Assembly (NCBI RefSeq): GCF_006345805.1
Contig: NC_043000.1
Coordinates: 40,300,001-40,364,000, forward strand
Source: Octopus sinensis
Lineage: Eukaryota
Direction: 5' to 3'
Length of the DNA stretch: 64,000 nucleotides
Shown here in pieces: positions 52,407-64,000 of the stretch. A program made the position numbers and the translations under genes. Within the stretch, counting starts at the first letter, position 1, and every line of letters starts with the position of its first letter. The notes beneath the pieces were generated by a model, which saw only the letters and a program-made list of their open reading frames with translations, did no database searches and had not been told where the DNA came from.

Positions 52407-52745
52407 ACCAACATGCACAGGAAAAGTTAATGGATGAAAACGGAAAGGCAAAGACCTTATGGGACTTTGATTTCCAGACAGACAAGGTGTTAGAGCACCA
52501 AAAGCCGGATATAGTAACCTTTAGGAGGGAAAATAAGAGTGCCTAATAATCGACGAGGCATATTATCATGAAAGAAAGAGAAAAGGTTGATAAAAATGGA
52601 ATCCTGATAATTGAAATCGCCAAGATAGGGCAGTTGCGGGAGTCAGTCATAAAGGTTGTTCCTGTTGTCATCGGAGCATTGAGTTCAATATCCAACCTGA
52701 AGAAACATCTGGACACTTTAGGAATATCCTACGGCGTAAATTCGG
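52403..52745 (+). mobile_element. R4/Dong-like LINE endonuclease fragment
   Basis: WYQHAQEKLMDENGKAKTLWDFDFQTDKVLEHQKPDIV...KEREKVDK...VVPVVIGALSSI. Confidence 0.88.
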
Positions 52746-53675
52746 ATAAATAATCTGAAATAGAAGTTTTTTTCCCCCACTAATTTCTTAAAAAAATGGC
52801 GACAGAGAGTCTAATAAAACTTTTAATCGAAACGCTATAAGTTGAGGCATGTCTGTATTTATATCAATGGTTCTCGCCTGGTTCTTTAATTTTGGTGTCT
52901 GAATCTAATCTAATGTTTTTAGTTTTAAGATTTCAAATTTGCCTCATAATAATAGCTTTCACATAGTTTTGCTTCATACTAAGTATTAAATTTCATCTGA
53001 GTAAGTGTAGAATTTTTTTATATATTATCCAGTAGGGTATTAATGTTTCGTAGATAGTGTTATTTATGTAATGAGAGAATTTATAATTTTTCAGTCGCGT
53101 TTACAACCATTAGCGGCTTCATTTAGCAAATTCGGCAGTGTACGCTACAACCGGTATGGTTCCAAAATATAAGACTCTCGGTATTTCGCCACATCTCCTT
53201 GTTTAAGTTCAGGGTTGAAATTTCGCCAGGTTCAAATATTCTTTTCATACTTCTAGGATCAACTACATAATATACAATTAAAGTACTAGGGTAAATTCAA
53301 TCTACTGAGCTAACACCTACCAATACCCACCAACATTCGCTACCATTTCGTAACGTCACCAGTTCAACTATGGCCGCGTGCTTATGTTAATAGCCATTAT
53401 TATATATACAGTATAATCATTATTAAGGACACAGTACATATATAGTACATACACATGTTATTAATTAGCTGTTTATTATTAACTAAGGCAGTATGGATCG
53501 CCTATAGGTTTCCAGATGCAAGATTAGTTTGATAATTTTGTTTCATGTGAAATTACCGTTCACGCCCCACGTATACCTAAACAAGTAAGCATATACACAC
53601 TGATATATATGTGTGGGTGTGTGTTTTGTGGGTTCACACACAGACACACGTATATATATGTATGAAGTATCTGTG

Positions 53676-53718
<43 letters not shown>

Positions 53719-53762
53719 ATATAGGTAGGTAGGTATACACATAGATAGATACATAGACCGAC

Positions 53763-53830
<68 letters not shown>

Positions 53831-54328
53831 GGATAGATAGATAGATACATAGATACATACATACATACATACATACATACATACATACATACATACATAC
53901 ATACATACATGCATACATACATACATACATGACAAGTTGGTTATGCTAAGTCGGTCAGTCAGGTTTTATCCATTAAATATATCTCGTGAAATGAAGAAAT
54001 GTCAGAGATTGATATAATGGCAGTCTTTGTTATGTGAGCAGTAACTTATCTCACCGCTGATGGTTTGGGGATATAAAGCAGGAAACAACCGGACTATTCT
54101 AATAGCCCAGAAAATCTAATTTTATCTTTGAAAACAAGCTAACTATTTTAAGACCTCAAAATGAATAAATAAAGAAGAAAATTAAGAAAGAAAGGAAAAA
54201 TAAAATTACTTCTTGAACAAATCACTCACTCCCTAGAATTACTTCTTTCGTCGATTCGTAACCTATACACACTACTAGATATACATATATATGAACCTAT
54301 GTGTATTTATATATACATACATACATAT

Positions 54329-54385
<57 letters not shown>

Positions 54386-54411
54386 CACACATACATACAT
54401 ACATACATACG

Positions 54412-54444
<33 letters not shown>

Positions 54445-54494
54445 TCATACATACATACATACATATATACATACGTACACACACACACACACAC

Positions 54495-54546
<52 letters not shown>

Positions 54547-54547
54547 A

Positions 54548-54696
54548 GCGCCGGAGTGGCTGTTTCGTAAGTAGCTTGCTTACCAACTACATGATCCTGG
54601 GTTCAGTCTCACTGCGTGGCACCTTGAGCAAGTGTCTTGAACCGACCAAATCCTTGTGAGTGGATTTGGTGGACGGAAACTGGAAGAAGCCTGTCG

Positions 54697-54727
<31 letters not shown>

Positions 54728-54944
54728 CAGTGTTTGTCCCCCCCACCCCACCAACATGGCTTGACAACCGATGCTGGTGTGTTTACGTCTCCGTAACTTA
54801 GCGGTTCGGCAAAAGAGACCGATAAAATAAGTACTAGGCTTACAAAGAATAAGCTCTAAGGTCAATTTGCTCGACTAAAGGTGGTGCTTCAGCATGGCCG
54901 TAGTCGGGTGGCTGAAACAAGTAAAAGGATAAAAGAGTAAAAGA
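54548..54944 (+). mobile_element. SINE family A, near full length
   Basis: Collinear with 7470-7868; flanked by (TA)n on both sides. Confidence 0.9.
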
Positions 54945-55040
54945 ATATATATATATATACTAGCAGAATTGCCCGGCGAATCTCGGGGCTGAATTGCTTG
55001 AAAGTACTGTTAATGATTGCACTGAATTATGATGATTATT

Positions 55041-55201
55041 CAGGCAGAATGCTTAGCAGTATTTCACCCGTCGCTACGTTCTGAGTTCAAATTCCGCCGA
55101 GGTCGATTTTACCTTTCATCCTTTCGGGGTCGGTAAATAAGTACCAGTTGAACACTGGGGTCGATGTAATCGACTCATCCCTTCCCCACAAATTGCTGCC
55201 C

Positions 55202-55260
<59 letters not shown>

Positions 55261-55305
55261 GCGGGGTGGGGAGGAGGTATGAGTCAGAAAGTGCTGGAAG
55301 TTAAT
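55041..55305 (+). repeat. Right copy of the inverted duplication (headless SINE-B + (TTA)n + 45 bp flank)
   Basis: See 49934-50192. Confidence 0.97.
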
Positions 55306-55670
55306 CATTATGCATGTAGGAAAACAGTGCTGTTCAATAAAGTTTCGACCAGGGTCAAGCAATCCGACCCCATGGGCTCCTTTGACAGCACTGATGTATG
55401 TGACCTCATCGTGTTGTATATCCTTGATACTCTTAAGAAAATGTTTCCCTCTCTCCTCTTTGGTCTCTACAGTGATGATGCCATGCCATCTCCAGAGGAG
55501 CAAACGGAGACACCCTAGACAGGCTTAGGAAAGATCTAATTAGCACACTTGGCTCCATGAGACTGAAAATTACCATCGAGACCAATCTCATCACCGCGGA
55601 CTTCTTAGACGTCACGCTTGACTTGGGCTCCTGTACATACAGGCCCTACCGCGAACCAAATGAGAGGCTT
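55306..55670 (+). pseudogene. Penelope-like reverse transcriptase remnant
   Basis: IIMH/RKTVLFN...PMGSFDSTDVCDLIVLYILD...GLYSDDA...RLRKDLI...LKITIETNLITADFLDVTLDLGSCTYRPYREPN; matches PLE MGSFDGAEVCEL, YRDD and DFLDVTL motifs. Confidence 0.88.
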
Positions 55671-56202
55671 AGTATTCAAGAAGAGAAATAACACGGAAAC
55701 TTTTGTTTTCTTAAAAAGTGGGACGACGGTCGTAAAGAAAAGTCATATAAACTTTCATTCACTGGACTCATTCATTCAAAAATACATACACAGCTGGCTG
55801 GCTACATGGATGGATGGATGGAGAGAGAGCGGGAGAGAGAGGGATCTGTTTCAACAATAACATATTCACTTGATCGATCAAGTGTTTAACCCAAGGTTAA
55901 CCGTTGTCCCTTACACATATGATAAAAAATAATGCAATCGTGGTCATCATGTTATTTCATCAGAGGTAGCACATCTAAAACTATAATCCCTAATGCTGTG
56001 GTTACCTTGGTATTCTAAGGCTGTTTTTCATCCGCAAGTCAGTCCTTATCTGGAAGACCTTTAATAAAAGATGCCTCAGCCATGACTAACCTATTCTTAC
56101 TTCAGACATTGTAAGGTGAGGCATGCATTATACAGCTATCTTCTTTTTCAAGATATGGTGATGCACAGTGTGTGTCTGTTTGAGTCAGTATATGAGTTTG
56201 TT

Positions 56203-56239
<37 letters not shown>

Positions 56240-56244
56240 GTGTC

Positions 56245-56605
56245 ATTTAGCTGCTTTTTCTAGCGAATCGAGCGCTAGTGCTGTGGCTTCCATACTGCCT
56301 CGTGCGCAAGTGTGTATGTGTGTGTATGCGTGTTTGCGTGTGTGCGTGTGTGTGATATGCCGTATTTTAAGGTGTATAAGGAATCCTCGTGTATAAGGAA
56401 CCCCCTAATTTGGGGGGCTTTAAATTTGGAAGAAAAGGTTTTGTAATGGATTATAATACTATCCATGTATAAAAAGCTCCCATATTTTTTAAATCTAATT
56501 TTTGACAAAAAAGGGTTCTTTATACACGTTAAAATACGGTAGGTGCCTTTTCAAGGAAATCGAGCGCTAGTGTAATGCCTTCAATACTAGCTCATGTGTG
56601 TGTGC

Positions 56606-56661
<56 letters not shown>

Positions 56662-56805
56662 GGGTTTGGGTGGGTGTAGATGTGTGTGTGCGTGTGTGTG
56701 AGTGCGTACGTGCGTGTTTGTGTGTGAGCGTATGTGCTTAATACAGGTGCTTTTTCTAGCAAGCCGAGCGCTAGTCTAATGCCTTCCATATTGGCTCGTG
56801 TGTGT
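56245..56805 (+). repeat. Three diverged ~60 bp units separated by (TG)n
   Basis: GCTTTTTCTAGC..ATCGAGCGCTAGTG..ATGCCTTCCATA..GGCTCGTG-like units at ~56251, ~56545 and ~56748. Confidence 0.8.
56360..56539. mobile_element. pogo/Tigger-type MITE (~180 bp)
   Basis: TIRs CCGTATTTTAAGGTGTATAAGGA and reverse complement CCGTATTTTAACGTGTATAAAGA; TA on the right, TG on the left (mutated TA TSD). Confidence 0.8.
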
Positions 56806-56843
56806 GTGCATGTGTGTGTGTGTGTGCGTATGTGTCTGTGTGT

Positions 56844-56896
<53 letters not shown>

Positions 56897-57640
56897 CACA
56901 TGTTGATAGGAATTTTGCAAATAAGTTGCGTTGATATCTATGAGAAACAGTAACAAAGTAACCATTTGTATCCATGTAAAAAAAATGTTCATCAGTCCAC
57001 AAATGTAGCTTAGATTGAAAAATAAAATAACATAAAATAAAATAAAATAAAAAACGAAAAAAAAAAGCAACATAAAGTAAAGCAAAGATGGCTGCAATCT
57101 GACGCCTGAAGCAATGACGTCATCAAATTAGTAAATAAACTGTGTTGTTTGTTGATGTCATGTTGCTAATGAGAATTTTGTAATTGGAAGTAAATTCTAT
57201 TAAGAAAAGCTCTTCTGTTTCTTTGTATCTTGTTTATTTTTTCACTGTTTATTTGCTTCATGGATCTATCTCAGTAGAGAAGCTCTTAGTATATTGGCAA
57301 AACAGACATGAGTTTCAATCAACTACAAGGTGAAAGCATTTTGCTGCAGATTTTCCTTCCTTCTTTCTTTCTTTTTCTTTCTTTTTTTTTTGTAGGTTGC
57401 TCCAGCATGACTACAGATAACTAGATAAAACTAGTGAAAGAGTAGAAAAAATAATCAGTGAAGTTTATGTTGTTTGGAAAGTTACATGTGGTGAACTAGC
57501 GTTCTTTCCAGGGTGGATGTGATTCGACTATCATTTATTAGTGACAACCGAAACTGATTCGGAAAATCACTCATGCATTTCGTTGATAAAATGCATCGTG
57601 TTTTTTTTTGTTATTGTTGTTGTTGATGATGTTTCTTTTA

Positions 57641-57812
57641 TCTTGTACCCTTTACTTGTGTCAGTCATTGGATTGCGGCCATGCTGGGGCACCACCTAGA
57701 AGAATTGTAGACGAACGAATCGACCCCAGTACTATGTTTTATGCCTGGTACTTATTCAATCGGTCTGTTTTGCCGAACCGCTAGGTTATTGGGACGTAAA
57801 TACACCAACAAT
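57641..57812 (-). mobile_element. SINE family A, 3' half
   Basis: TGCGGCCATGCTGGGGCACCACC...ATCGACCCCAG...CGGTCTGTTTTGCCGAACCGCTAGGTTA. Confidence 0.8.
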
Positions 57813-58207
57813 TTTGTAGTGAGTGGTGGACGCAATAAGCAAAAATGCTTAACAATTTCAAAATTTCTAGTTAAGCTGAAGTAAGAAAATAATAATCTAC
57901 AAGGAATTGTTAGCAGTTCTCAAAAGTAAAGGAAGATAATTTCGAGAAATTAAGAATTAATTTCTTCAGCTTGAATATATTTAGATCAAGAAGTGCCCGA
58001 GGAAAATGGATGCACTGAGAGGAATTACTTGAAAAGCTATTCTGAGAGAGAGGGAGAGAGAGACAGGAGGGGGAGGTAGAGAGAAAAGAGGAAGAAGGAG
58101 GGAGGAGGGAGGAAGAATTGAGGTTGACTTCGGTTAGAATGACTAGAAAAGAGGAATCGAAGATACTTAGAGGATTCCGATGGAAAGAGCATGGACATGT
58201 AGATTAA

Positions 58208-60480
58208 CCCTTGGTCTACCAGAGAAAATGTATGTCACTAGTTACCAACAGGGTCCAATGCACCCAATATTTTTCTTATAATTAAATTTAATTCAAACTA
58301 ACACTATTTCTTAGCTACATTATATATGCTATCACGTGAATGAAGAATTTGTGTTTCTCACAAATTTTTATTTAAAAAATACAGCTTACAGAATATATTA
58401 TAAATTTTAAAAAATTACAAAAGTACATAATTACAGCTCTTCGTGGCAGTGAATGCAGACATCATTGGAATGTTCTTGGCAAACATGGATATTGCAATTC
58501 TTACATGTAGTACGAGTTTTCCTGTTATTTTGGGGCAAAACAAAGAACATCTTTTTTTCTTTGGCTGAGGACTCGCAAATGAGCTTGAAGATCGTCTTCT
58601 TATCTTGTTTGGTTGAGAAATGTTAGCGGAACTAGAAAATTGTTTGTCATGTTCTTGTTTAACATTAACTTCAGCAAGATCCTTTCCTAAATGAATTAGG
58701 CACTGTCTTTTTTTAGCCTTGAAACTTTGCAAGTGAAGCTGTTTAGCAACAATGAAAGCATTCACTGTACTTATAACAGTCACGTTGTAGAATATAACCA
58801 TAGGCCATCTTCGAGTCATTCTTTTGCAAGTGTATGTCCTTACCATCTTATTTAGGGTATTTCCTTTTGTTTTGTTGTAACATGTAATAACTTCAGGTTT
58901 CTTTTCATCACTTTTTGAATCAACTGAAGGCTGAGAGTGCATTGTACTCATAAGTGTGACTACATAATTTTCCTTGGAACAATAAGATAGGATCTTAGAA
59001 TCCTTTTGAAATCCAAATATTGTGATGTTGATTTCTGTTTCTTTTCCATTTGTGAAAACACTAGGAAGTTCAACTCTGTTCTTTCTAATTGTTCCAACTA
59101 AAGTAGATTTCTTGCTAAGCAACTTTCAAGTCAATCCTAGACTTGTAAAGAAAATTATCACAAGTTATATTGCAACCAGTATTTTCAAGTTCTTTTACTA
59201 GGTCTTCAACAACTCTTGAACCTTGATTTGTTTCTCCCCCTTTTACTGGGTCTTTTCCAGTGTAGATTTGCCTTTTCCAGGCATAATATGGTTTACTGTC
59301 GCATATTACCCAAATTTTAATTTCATATTTCCCTGGTTTTGAAGGAATATATACCCAGAATGGGCAGCGCCCTCTGAATGAAACTAGTTAACTGTCATAC
59401 ATGAACTTGGGACATATCCATCTTGCAAATTCTGAATCCACATTCCAAATACCTCTCTTATGGGTTCCAATTTATCATCATTTCTCTCTTTTCCTTCTTG
59501 TACTAGCAACATCAAAATGCAATACTTGTAAAATCTGTTGAAATTTTCCCCGGCTCATAATTTTGTTGATTATTGGGGAAAGGGGCATCTTCTTGACTCC
59601 ATAACTGTTAGACATTTTCATGTTTAGATTTATAAACACCTATAAGAATAATCAGTCCAATAAATTTCTTTAGTTCAGAGTGAGCAATTTCCTTCCGTTT
59701 ATCTTTGTAAACAACCTGACCATCAGCATTTGTCCATTTAAGGATTGCTTCAAGAAGATTCTGATGCATAAAGATAGTAAAATATGTTTCAATTCTATCA
59801 CGTCATTTTAGCAAAACAGGATGGTCCACATTCTTGGCGCACAATATTGCAAGATAAAGTTCATACTGCTGCTTGAGTAAGAGGATTAGAATGCCAAACT
59901 TCTTGCCTGTCTCTAGAAATATTGCTCATCCATAATTGGGTGGCTGGCAGATAACTTTTTGAGTTTTTGAGTATCTTCATCATCTAATAACACAGAACCC
60001 AAACTGTCCAGCAACACAATCACTTTCACCATCATCTTCAGAGCAACCAATACTATCTTCTTCCCATTCTTCATTTAATTCCAATAACCTTTTCGGTATT
60101 TGGTCTTCACTCAAATTTTCACGTTTAGGCATATTGGAAAACACAGCCGAACTATATGAAACTTGATAGCAAACTAAAGGCAGATATTTGTTCTCTCTCA
60201 TATTAATACTCTCCTGAAAGATGATGCAATAAGTTGTAGGAATTGCGTCGTCACATAGAAATATTGCATCTCCTAGCAGATTAAAAGTGATGCAAAAACC
60301 ACACAAATTTACAGAAATATTTTCATAATTTTTCCTATTTTATCTGAACTTCAGCAAATAAAATGAATTCAATTTTATCCATTTTATATCTGATAAATAT
60401 CTAGGAAAATAATATTTGATACTGCTTTTATTCTGTTTAGAATGACAAGAATATTGTCTGAATTTAATTCGAGGGTTCAA
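58208..60480 (-). mobile_element. piggyBac DNA transposon, decayed; one terminus clear, the other uncertain
   Basis: TTAA (58204-58207) followed by CCCTTGGTCTACC and a subterminal GGGTCCAATGCACCC; contains the transposase remnant. A similar GGGTTCAATGGAC at ~60473 suggests the other end. Confidence 0.85.
58415..60132 (-). pseudogene. piggyBac (PGBD4-like) transposase pseudogene
   Basis: Acidic N-terminus MPKRENLSEDQI; FRGRCPFWVYIPSKPGKYEIKIW; NITCDNFFTS; TLVGTIRKNR; YNKTKG; RRWPMVIFY; Cys-rich tail. Multiple stops and frameshifts. Confidence 0.93.
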
Positions 60481-61564
60481 TGGACTATATACACAGAAAG
60501 GTGAGAGAAAGATAATATCAGTTTACATCTATGAACGTTTATTAATTAATAGATTTAATTAACTAAAGCAGTAGTATAAATTTTTATATATTCCATTGAT
60601 AGTTACGTTTCATTGCGAAGTGCTCGCTTCACATTCGTTTCGTTTAACGTTACGCTATAACATTGACGAAAAATATTGATAATAAAACAAATGCTGTAAA
60701 ATTAAAATTCTTAAAATGTATAGGTTTTAAATTTAGTAAAATAAAGATAGAGATAAAACGATGAATAAAGACACTTATCACTTTTATTTAAAAGCCGTCA
60801 ACTTCACTTGTAATTTTTTTAAAGTTACGACTATAGTAAAATGTAGAATAAACAATGAAAAGTAAACTACACAGTGGAATTATATTTAACACATAGTAAT
60901 TAATACATTTCTAAAGTGAGGTCTGTTTGATCTCTGTTAATCCACTTCAAATTCTCAAAACTCTACTAACTTCGATGTATTGAGTGCAGAATGTTTTCTT
61001 TTCAGTTTCCACTAAGTCGCTTTTCTACTTGCGTTTAAAACATGGAATTAAATGAAAATTATAAAAAATAAGGACAAGTAAATAAATTTAGAGAAGGGAA
61101 AGGTAAAAGCACAAATTAAAGCAATCCAGTTTTTTTTATTATTGTTGTTTGTTTTTGATCTGAGTGATTGTGTAAGGAAGTGTTTCTTACTGTTTTCACT
61201 CTGCAAATATGTATTCCACTCTGCAAATATGTTTTTCTTTATATGTATTTATGTTGTCATGACTACAAGAACAAATTTTGTGGCCCATTTGAGGACACAC
61301 TAAGAGAAAACAGAAAAAATGAAAATAAATTAGGATTGTTGCGGAGATCCGACGATGGGATAGATGCATCGCAAACCTCAAATATTGGAAGAGCTCTCAG
61401 TCAATAACCAACAAATGTGCGACAAATTTGCAGTATTGTCGATGATTAGTTTGCAGCTTGTTCTTAAAAGCTAATAACTCTAGCTACTACAAAATTAAAT
61501 AAGAATAGAACTAACATAATCGAAAATATAGAAAAGATTTTTAAACATATTGATGGAGAATATA

Positions 61565-62340
61565 CATCAGCTTAACTCTCCATGTTCGCTACTTGCCATA
61601 TAAATGAAAGCTGCAAGTTTATTTGATAACCTGAAGAAAAGGCCAAGGATCCAGTGCTGAAAGTGAAAGCTCTATAGCAAGTCGTGGTTGGTCGGTGCGT
61701 TTCGACAATCGTTCATAATTGCATAACATAAAGCTTCTGAGTGTGAAAGTTCTGACAAAGCTGCCGTTGTACTGAAAAATATTATTGACAAGGAGGATAA
61801 ACACCGTTGCAAATTTGGGTCTGTTTTGGAAAACAAAGGCCAAAATGAATTCACTTTGCGTAAAGAAAAAAATGGAAAAATCGAAAAATCGAACTGGCTA
61901 TTTTTCATATTGAGATTCCAATGGCTATAAAAAGCTACTCTAAATATCATGTTTTGGCGTTCAACAGAATAGTGTCTCAAAATTACTATAATTTGTGTTT
62001 CTGCAGAGCTGTAAAAGATTATTGTCAGACTAAGAAATTTGGAAATAAAGCGTTTACTTCTTGTGGACAATACACCAGGTCATTTAGTTAATCTGCATGA
62101 CTTAATAGATAATGTTCAGGTGGTTTTTCTACTGTCATGGAATGAGTTGAGAACCATTGGAGTTATCTGAATCATATGAGAAAGAAATAAAGACTTACGA
62201 AATGCTTTTCAGTTTTTAGATATAGCTATGGTCATTTTCCCAGAAAAAATTATTCAGGAAGGGAGAAGGTGGTGAGCAAGCAGGTTGATAATGAATGTTA
62301 CAAGAGATTATACAAGCAGAAGAAAAGACTGCACAACGAT
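61565..62340 (+). pseudogene. pogo/Tigger (CENP-B-like, TIGD1-type) transposase remnant
   Basis: MKAASLFDNLKK...ASRGWSVRFDNRS.LHNIK...SSDKAA...LGLFWKTK...LLLVDNTPGHLVNL...NVQVVFL across frames. Confidence 0.75.
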
Positions 62341-62387
62341 AAAATTAAGGAAATTAGTGTTTTAATGGATTCTTTTATTGTCTGATT

Positions 62388-62788
62388 TTTTTTTACTTGT
62401 TTCAGTCATTTGACCTAGGTCATGCTGGAGCACCGTCTTAAAGGGTTTTTATCGAAGAAATCGACCCCAGGACTTATTCTTTGTAAGCCTAGTACATATT
62501 CTATCGGTCTCTTTTGCCGAACCACTAGGTTACGGGAAGGTAAACACACCGACATCGGTTGTCAAGCGATGGTGGCCAGACAAACATAGACACGAAGACA
62601 AAAATAAATATACATACATATATACATGTACGACGGGTTTCTTTCGGTTTCCGTCTACCAAATCCATTCACAAGGTTTTTGTCGGACCTAAGCTATTGTA
62701 GAAGACATTTGCACAAGGTGCCACGCAGTGGAACTGAACCCGGAACCATGGCGTTGAGAAGCAAGCTTCTTACTACACAGCCATGCCT
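62388..62788 (-). mobile_element. SINE family A, full length
   Basis: Reverse complement collinear with 7470-7868. Confidence 0.9.
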
Positions 62789-62882
62789 TTTTTAAATATG
62801 TGTGAAGCATATTCATGCATGCATGCATACGTATGTGTGTAGGAAAGATGCGTGTGAGCCAATGTTTCATTATTTAATATTG

Positions 62883-63017
62883 ATTTCAAATTTTGGCACA
62901 AATCTCAGCAATTTCGTGGAAGGGGATATGTTGATTGCATCGACCCTAGAGTTCAACTGGTACTAACTCTATCGACTCCAAAAGAATGAAAGGTAAAGTC
63001 GATCTCGGAGGAATTTG
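62883..63017 (-). mobile_element. SINE family B, 3' part
   Basis: Reverse complement of the CAAATTCC..CGAG.TCGACTTTACCTTTCATTC...GTACCAGTTGAAC...GTGCCAAAATTTGAAA module. Confidence 0.75.
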
Positions 63018-63044
63018 TTTTAGTGTTTAATATTAGAAATACTT

Positions 63045-63262
63045 TTAAGGCAGCGAGCTGGCAGAATCGTTAGCTCACCGGATGGAAATGCTTAGCAGCA
63101 TTTTATCCGTGTGTATGTTCTGGCTTTAAATGTCGCCAAGGTCAACTTTGCCTTTCATCCTCACGAGGTCGGTAAAATAAGTATCAGTTGAGCACTGGGG
63201 TTGATATAATCGAGTTATCCCATCGCCCGAAATTGCTGGTCTTGTGCCAAAATTTGAAACCA
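63045..63262 (+). mobile_element. SINE family B, full length
   Basis: TTAAGGCAGCGAGCTGGCAGAATCGTTAGC...GTGCCAAAATTTGAAACC. Confidence 0.88.
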
Positions 63263-63542
63263 ATATTATAAATAGTTTGGGTCTATTAAGATCAGGCCTT
63301 TGTAACGATGAATATACGTAGAAACGTAAATCATCTTTAGGTAATTGAATCATGCCTTTGTAGCAATGAATGTACGTAGAAATTGAACCTATGGTAAGAG
63401 AGGTTCCGCTTTACGTCGTTTCATTGAAACGCACAGTTTCCGAGAAGCTTTCAATAACGTAACAACGTTAAGGCGGTGACTGACAATGAGCATGAATCAT
63501 GAATGTATATATCTAAGTGCATGTGTATGTATTGCACACGCA

Positions 63543-63603
<61 letters not shown>

Positions 63604-64000
63604 GCTCATACATCCTCTCATCTTTATTATTGCCGTTTGCTTTGCACTAATCCCATCAAAAAGAGCAAACTTTCTCATTTTTAAACAGTTTGTTGTTTTC
63701 TATTCAAAGTAAAACAGAGTTCACAACTTTGATGCTCAATGCAATGAATACTTATGCAAATGAACCTTCTAAAGTTGACCTTCTCACTTCTAGGTTTGAC
63801 CTTTTTTTTAAGTCAGAGCAAGCTATATCAGTGATAATACAAAGCGCAACAGTTGATAGTTGACCTTTAACGCCTAAGTATGACGGTTTTGCTGATTTTA
63901 AGGGTTTACTATATGTTTGTCTCTGTGTGCCTGACATAATGCCTCGAAGTATGTTTATAGTAACGTATATTATATGTCTGTCCGTCTCTCTATCTGTCTG

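Noticed and set aside
60470-60545. Second piggyBac terminal inverted repeat
   Set aside because: Only a degenerate subterminal motif is visible; no ...AAGGG-TTAA end at the expected spacing.

Overview
Eukaryotic, AT-rich, extremely microsatellite-dense DNA with no confidently identifiable intact host gene. It reads as intronic or intergenic sequence from an octopus-like (coleoid cephalopod) genome; that assignment is an inference from the repeat landscape, not a database result. Nearly all ORFs in the supplied track are translations of (TA)n, (TG)n, (TATG)n, (ATT)n, (CCA)n or (GTA)n tracts. The recognisable content is decayed mobile DNA: at least four SINE families (called A-D here, about 22 copies), several Penelope-like element (PLE) remnants (RT and GIY-YIG pieces) with eight minimal hammerhead-ribozyme motifs, five fragments of R4/Dong-like restriction-endonuclease LINEs beside (TAA)n tracts, a Tx1/L1-like fragment, a truncated Ty3/Gypsy gag-pol, a piggyBac and a pogo/Tigger transposase pseudogene, and several MITEs. 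The most distinctive structure is a ~4.85 kb segment (50193-55040) flanked by a ~260 bp inverted duplication that is identical apart from TAA copy number, with junctions that reconstruct as a very recent staggered-break inversion (or an assembly artefact). All alignments, folds and coordinates were done by eye; repeat boundaries are approximate.
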